A program made the translations under genes and the position numbers. Shown here one piece after another: positions 60,101 through 64,000 of a stretch of 64,000 bases of DNA. Origin of the DNA: Candidatus Parcubacteria bacterium (GTDB taxonomy: Bacteria; Patescibacteriota; Minisyncoccia; Phycocordibacterales; UBA2100); assembly GCA_003599295.1 (NCBI GenBank), contig QZJK01000001.1:88-64087 (forward strand), read 5' to 3'. Position 1 is the first letter of the stretch. Every line of letters starts with the position of its first letter. The notes beneath the pieces were generated by a model that worked only from the letters and a program-made list of their open reading frames with translations, did no database searches and was not told the origin of the DNA.

Positions 60101-63100
60101 GACTCGGCTGCGATATTTGTGCCTTGCCCGCTGGTTTTCCAGACCGCGAGCTGCACGTTCGGAGTCGTCGTCCCGATGCCGACTTTGCCTGCCGTAGTTA
60201 TAGTAAGTGTCGAGGTGCCAACGGCCGTGTCGGTCCCACTAAAGTAGGCAACCTGGCCAGTGGTGCCGGTGAGTGAAGCGCTTCCGCCACCCACACAGGT
60301 ATCGTTGATGGCGTAGCAGCCGGTCGTGATGTTGAAGCCGACGTTTGAAGTGGAGGTGGCAGAGCCCGAGATGGTGAGACCGGTGACGGTTGTCGTGCCG
60401 AAGCCGGTGCTTGCGATAGAGAACGGAGAGTTAACGGTGTCGACGAGCGCATCGGAGGTCGTTGCGAGCTTGAACGTGCCGCCGGTAGATTGCAGGAACC
60501 AGTGTTTGAGGTTGGCGCCTGCACTCGTGTCGGAGAGAGTGAACTTCGGTGTGGTGCTTGCCACATGAAGAATGCTATTGGGGGTCGTGGTACCGATACC
60601 GAATCTGGCGGCCGCTGTAATGCGTGCGGCAACGCCATTGTTTTCGTCAAATGAGGAGTTATTGACGTTGAAACTTATCCCTTTGGTGGCACCTGCTTGT
60701 AGTACGACAAAGTTACTGTCGAGTCCAACGTTTCCTCGACTGTCGCCGAAGTCCACGCGCCAGGTGCCAGCGCCTTGACCAACGTTCACAACACCACCTA
60801 TGACCTCTAAATCACCTGTTGTCGTAGCGTTACCCGAGACTGTGAGGCCACCTGCCCCCGTGCCGTCACCGATAGTAGAAGAAGCGAGGGCGTAGAGCCC
60901 GACATTGAAGCCGATAAGGGTGGAGGTGGAGTTTGCGGCAGTGGAGCCGAAGGTGGTCGGCGTCCACGAGAATGTGCCGCTTCCTGTGCCGCATGCAGTG
61001 CCGGTGTTCGAGATGGTGCCGTTTGTGCTGAAGGTCGCACAACCTGCAGTGCCGCCTGCGCTGGAGACCGTGAGGTTGGTCGTGCTTGCCGTGCCCGAGA
61101 CCGTGATGGCGGTCGAGGAGGCGTATGGGAATGTGGAGGCAGCGGTGGTGGAGGTTGCGACAAAGTGTGAGGCGTCTACGAGTGAAGTGAAGCGTGCGTT
61201 TCCGGTTACGTCGAGATTGTAGGTGGGGGAAGTGTCTCCGATCCCGATGTTGCCGCTATTATCTATTACAAACCTGCTCGTTGTTGCTGTTCCGGCGGCA
61301 TTGATATAGTTAATCGTAAACAAGCTACTAGATTCAAACGCTGCATTAGATGCCTTTCCTCCAATCACCCATGCGGAATAACCGCTGTTGATTCTTGTTC
61401 CTGTATTGGCCACCTCACCAGGATTATCAATATAAGCGTTCACACCAAAGAAACCTAGCTGATGGTTCCCATCGCCGGTGCGTACTCCCATAACAACATC
61501 GTCCGCACCGTTCACATTGCTTGTAACACGCAACATTTCCAGACCCGACGAGGCATCATCTCTTGATAAATGAAGTAATGACCCCGGATTCGCCGTCCCC
61601 ACCCCTACGTTACCTTTTCCATCAATCACGAAGCGATCGTTGGTGCCGAGTGCGGTGGAGGAAGAAATCTTGAACTTGCCTCCATCAGAGTAGTCCTGAC
61701 CGATAGTCCACTTGTATGGGTCGCCGGTGAGGGAGGAGAATTCGATGGCTGAATCCGCCGTTGAATTAAAAATGGAGAGTTTTTGGTTGGGCGTCGTCGT
61801 CCCTAGCCCCACGTTGCCGGAATAGTCGATTGTCATTGCCGTATTGGTGATACCGCTAGCGTATGAATTTGAAGTGCCGAAATGGAGGTAACTGCCTGAG
61901 GAGGTAACTTGCGAGCCGATGCGAGCTTTTGGAATACCGAATGAGGCCGCGCCACTCACAGCACTTCTGCTTCCGAAATCAATTACAGTATATTCATTTG
62001 CACCCGTACCCGCTTGCACCCGTAGTTGACCATCAGTGGTCCCTGTAAATGCCGAAAGTGCAGTCCCCTCTATATTTAGATTTGTTTCTGGTGTAGTTGT
62101 CCCGATACCGACGTTGCCGGTCGTTGTTATCCTGACCTTTTCGCCCGCGGCAGCATAAAATCGCAAATTGCCCGCATCAGAATCCAAAATCATGTCGGTC
62201 AAGTTATCGCCACCACCGAGATAGCCGATGCGAGTTGCAGCATTGTAGAGAGTTAGGTAATTCTGCGATCCGCCTGTAGCTTCGAGGCGAAGCATCTCTC
62301 CTGAACTACTCGTGACGTTTAACTTTGTTGCAGGTGTCGTCGTCCCGATGCCGACGTTGCCGTTTTCATTGACCATCAGGAGGGATGTGCTCACTTGTCC
62401 CGTGCCTGCCGCTAACGTTTGAAAATGGAACCCGCCGCCGCCGAAGGACATGATGGACCCCTGCCTGCCTGCATGGTCGGTCGTTCCCGTGAACGGGCTC
62501 GTATAGTTGAGAGGCTGAAGACTCGAGGTCACGTTCACCCCGCTGGTAAGCAATGTGAGTTCTCCGTCCGGCCCTTGGTAGAGGCGCGCGGATCCAGCGA
62601 GAGCGGTAGCCGCTTTATTCTCCCACTGAGCCAAAAGTTCTCCGGTTGCCGACGTGCCGTACACATGGAGCTTCGTCGAGGGCGATGTCGTCCCGATACC
62701 GACGTTGCCGCTGTCGAGAATGCGCATCGCTTCGGTGAGCGTGCCGGAACGGAGCGTCGAGAAAGCGAGGTTGCCGGCTCCGCCGTTGTAATTCTGGGTG
62801 AGGATGCCGGTAATGGCCCCCGTCGAGGTGGCGTTCACGAGGTCTTTGGTGCGGAAGGAGAGGCGGGAGGCGGTCGAAGTGGCGGAGAAATCGTTCGTGA
62901 GGTAGAGCTGGTCAGCGGTGGCGCCCGAAGAAGAGTTGGTGACGTCGAGTTTCGTTCCCGGCGTTGAGGTGCCGATGCCGACGTTGCCTGTTGTTGATTG
63001 CAACACTACGGCCCCAGATTCGTTATCTATTTTCAGTGGGATTGCGCCAGTACCTTGGATCCCTTTTTGCACACCACCCGCCTGGAACAACATATACTCT

Positions 63101-64000
63101 GTGCCCGGTGAGGACGCATTGGAAATCTTGAGCGCGTTTCCAGTCCCGGCGTTGGTCAAGACCGTGAGGGGCGTGTCGGGTGTCGTCGTCCCGATGCCGA
63201 CGCGTTGCGACGAATCGATTCGAACCGCTTCGGTACCCGATGTGCGGAACCTCATGCTTGAGCCAGCCTCCGCTCCATAAAAGTCGAAAAGGTCGTTCGT
63301 CCCGTCGTAACTAATCATTGCATACCGTGTCGAAGCGTCCGAGATATCACCGATGACGGTCGTGTTGCTTCCTGCACTCGGATGCAAACGAATGCCTTGG
63401 TTCGTAGTCGTGAAGAGATAGAGTGGTGCGATTGTGTTATTCGTCGAAGGTTGAGAACCATTCGCGCCGCCGATTATGTTACTGGAGAAATAGGCTTTGA
63501 GTGTAGTCGTCGCTCCTCCTGAAATGGTGAGTCCGCCTGCTTGAGCGCCGTTCCCGATGGTGGTGGACGCGAGGAAGAGGTTGCCGCCAGTGAACCTGTT
63601 GTTGCCCGAGAAGGTGTTGGAGTCGGCAAGGAGAGTTGAGGAGGCGAACGTCCACGTGGAGGTGGAGAAGGTGTAGAGCGCGCCGGTCGAGTCGGCTGCG
63701 AGGGCGCCGGAAGTGTAATTGGAGAGAGTGAGCGTGGAGGTGGCGGTGAGTGCGCCGCCGAAGAACGCGGTGCCGCTCACATATGAGTTGCCCTGTACTG
63801 AAAGTGTTTTGGCTGGCGAGGTGGTGCCGATGCCGACGAGGCCGGAGGAGTTTATTATAAGCCGGGGCGTATAATTGGTGCCGAGCCACACGTTACTAAC
63901 GCCAGACAGGCCTACGGCGTAATCACCGCCGAAGGTATTATTGGGATCTCCATAGGAAAGATGGCCAACAGTGAAGTCACCTACTGACCCGGCGTTGAGA
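57112..64000 (-). CDS. Giant repeat-containing surface protein (>2290 aa; 5' end beyond window): tail-fibre-like GNVGIGTTxP repeats, Gly-rich region, C-terminal DUF5011 Ig-like domain and Pro/Thr/Glu-rich tail
   Basis: More than 15 repeats of G(N/D)VGIGTT(S/T)P..KL.V; the frame stays open upstream of the track's GTG start to the window edge; C-terminal IIIMGDNPARVAVGSSYTDLGALVSDDKDDG...TYEITYRAVDKDDNATVATRIVEV resembles DUF5011. Confidence 0.8.
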   Translation of the reverse strand, partial: LNAGSVGDFTVGHLSYGDPNNTFGGDYAVGLSGVSNVWLGTNYTPRLIINSSGLVGIGTTSPAKTLSVQGNSYVSGTAFFGGALTATSTLTLSNYTSGALAADSTGALYTFSTSTWTFASSTLLADSNTFSGNNRFTGGNLFLASTTIGNGAQAGGLTISGGATTTLKAYFSSNIIGGANGSQPSTNNTIAPLYLFTTTNQGIRLHPSAGSNTTVIGDISDASTRYAMISYDGTNDLFDFYGAEAGSSMRFRTSGTEAVRIDSSQRVGIGTTTPDTPLTVLTNAGTGNALKISNASSPGTEYMLFQAGGVQKGIQGTGAIPLKIDNESGAVVLQSTTGNVGIGTSTPGTKLDVTNSSSGATADQLYLTNDFSATSTASRLSFRTKDLVNATSTGAITGILTQNYNGGAGNLAFSTLRSGTLTEAMRILDSGNVGIGTTSPSTKLHVYGTSATGELLAQWENKAATALAGSARLYQGPDGELTLLTSGVNVTSSLQPLNYTSPFTGTTDHAGRQGSIMSFGGGGFHFQTLAAGTGQVSTSLLMVNENGNVGIGTTTPATKLNVTSSSGEMLRLEATGGSQNYLTLYNAATRIGYLGGGDNLTDMILDSDAGNLRFYAAAGEKVRITTTGNVGIGTTTPETNLNIEGTALSAFTGTTDGQLRVQAGTGANEYTVIDFGSRSAVSGAASFGIPKARIGSQVTSSGSYLHFGTSNSYASGITNTAMTIDYSGNVGLGTTTPNQKLSIFNSTADSAIEFSSLTGDPYKWTIGQDYSDGGKFKISSSTALGTNDRFVIDGKGNVGVGTANPGSLLHLSRDDASSGLEMLRVTSNVNGADDVVMGVRTGDGNHQLGFFGVNAYIDNPGEVANTGTRINSGYSAWVIGGKASNAAFESSSLFTINYINAAGTATTSRFVIDNSGNIGIGDTSPTYNLDVTGNARFTSLVDASHFVATSTTAASTFPYASSTAITVSGTASTTNLTVSSAGGTAGCATFSTNGTISNTGTACGTGSGTFSWTPTTFGSTAANSTSTLIGFNVGLYALASSTIGDGTGAGGLTVSGNATTTGDLEVIGGVVNVGQGAGTWRVDFGDSRGNVGLDSNFVVLQAGATKGISFNVNNSSFDENNGVAARITAAARFGIGTTTPNSILHVASTTPKFTLSDTSAGANLKHWFLQSTGGTFKLATTSDALVDTVNSPFSIASTGFGTTTVTGLTISGSATSTSNVGFNITTGCYAINDTCVGGGSASLTGTTGQVAYFSGTDTAVGTSTLTITTAGKVGIGTTTPNVQLAVWKTSGQGTNIAAESGNDYTSLFAHSSVGPAIHWNGGTVNDLRFGPSTAADGTGFSEKMRLTSTGDVGIGDTTPIDRLEVKGNLKVSGYDGTTGVVSFGDTAAAATSTGAGLYIGRGLHGEFNVNALTLGGYGGFAFNTADTPGATNTPKVVVTSTGNVGIGTTSPLSKLSVSTAGQAAFMMSDTRTTGNQNGRLVYDGGTSITGGGWVFQKMTDAGAFSANLVTIVQNTGNVGIGTSSPGTLLSLGNTGANTINISATATSTFGTGINITSGCYARNGECIGETTALAFVYSTSTPGSNVSVVFTGAVDSSPSFSAGVLTLPSNTQYYTAEVWGSGGGGGGGEDAADDGGNGGGGGGYSRKIITNTTASYYTVAAGGAGNTGTGTGTAGGTTCYGTNATACTSPTIQATGGAGGGGSANTTIGTGGTGSGGDFNYTGGSGGAGNNGASNSGGPGGGGGGAGNSNGNGQTGAHSELGETGETGSVLGGFLGGGDGGIQGSVNGVNGTMGGGGGGGAGTTGGDGGQGGHGGVTIYIYTISNSGADLAELYAVEGPGVEAGDIVAIATSYPIAVSLADAAADRPLAGVISTKPGLLLGDTKQPFGQRPVALKGRVPTKVTIEGGEINIGDRIALSSTPGVGRKATLFDATVGIALEPYTGGASEDELIEIFIDLQPGISLSALTDALLATNSAASSTATTTPGFVERLITAFTERLFGPATTTTSATTSDITSASSTAMSSEQATSTSPSYFDNSFLGRLFGSIASWFADAANGITDFFANRVHTKEICVEKSDGTEFCVDGDDLEAMAAGAAVSTSTSTSTDADGNGEGDPASMIDLVGQSSGEAGAPRIIIMGDNPARVAVGSSYTDLGALVSDDKDDGLIATVFVDGEHVNAVHLDTSTSTTYEITYRAVDKDDNATVATRIVEVYEPTPTPPPEETGTTPPPDTATTTPPEPEPTSPTPDESGQTEPDSTSSPQAEPAPEPTPEPEPATTTPEPTPEPTPQVPEDTTP
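57624..57648 (-). repeat. REP-like palindrome, copy 4, in-frame inside the giant gene (encodes MIDLVGQS on the minus strand)
   Basis: Minus strand ATGATTGAC-CTCGTAG-GTCAATCAT. Confidence 0.85.
58545..58920 (-). repeat. GC-rich simple-sequence region ((GGC)n/(GCC)n-like) encoding the Gly-rich segment of the giant protein
   Basis: Runs of gccgccaccgccacc...; all six frames open here; encodes GGGGGGG/GSGG stretches. Confidence 0.7.

Overview
This 64-kb window is high-GC bacterial DNA, densely coding and mostly on the minus strand. Core genes are split by two accessory regions.

The core set is rpoD, dnaG, a UppS-like cis-prenyltransferase, rpoC, rpoB, trmD, a KH protein, rpsP, a short SMC, rnc, a NusB-Nudix fusion, rpmF, rnhB, dnaE, thrS, gyrB, pheT, pheS, a GT2 glycosyltransferase, tRNA-Thr(UGU), tsf, rpsB, prfA, rpmE, a PlsC-like acyltransferase, an SLT lytic transglycosylase, rplY, and a sugar-kinase / split transketolase / rpe / rpiB / gap cluster.

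Several proteins are domain-reduced: ThrRS has no N-terminal editing/TGS region, PheS and PheT are short, SMC is short, and transketolase is split. Gene order is non-canonical, with rpoBC directly downstream of trmD. Together these suggest a reduced-genome lineage, possibly CPR/Patescibacteria-like. That assignment is inference only.

Accessory region 1 (~23.1-37.4 kb) lies between thrS and gyrB and is the most interesting stretch. It holds three tandem paralogous surface proteins with Cys-bounded Ig-like repeat cassettes. All three share a C-terminal IPYTG motif, a TM helix and a long cytoplasmic tail. The region also carries a sortase, a CARDB-domain membrane protein, a Tat-signal trypsin-like protease, and several hypothetical secreted, membrane or disordered proteins. 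Several genes there have consensus sigma70 promoters (TTGACA-16/17-TATAAT), and several have intrinsic terminators.

Accessory region 2 (56.4-64 kb) holds an IS200/RAYT-type HuH Y1 transposase. It is flanked by inverted 25-bp perfect palindromes (REP-like), with two further in-frame copies inside coding sequence. Next to it is a giant surface protein (>2290 aa, 5' end beyond the window) with tail-fibre-like GNVGIGTTxP repeats, a Gly-rich segment, a DUF5011 Ig-like domain and a Pro/Thr/Glu-rich tail.

No rRNA and no CRISPR array were seen. All calls come from reading the sequence and six-frame translations. No database searches were run.
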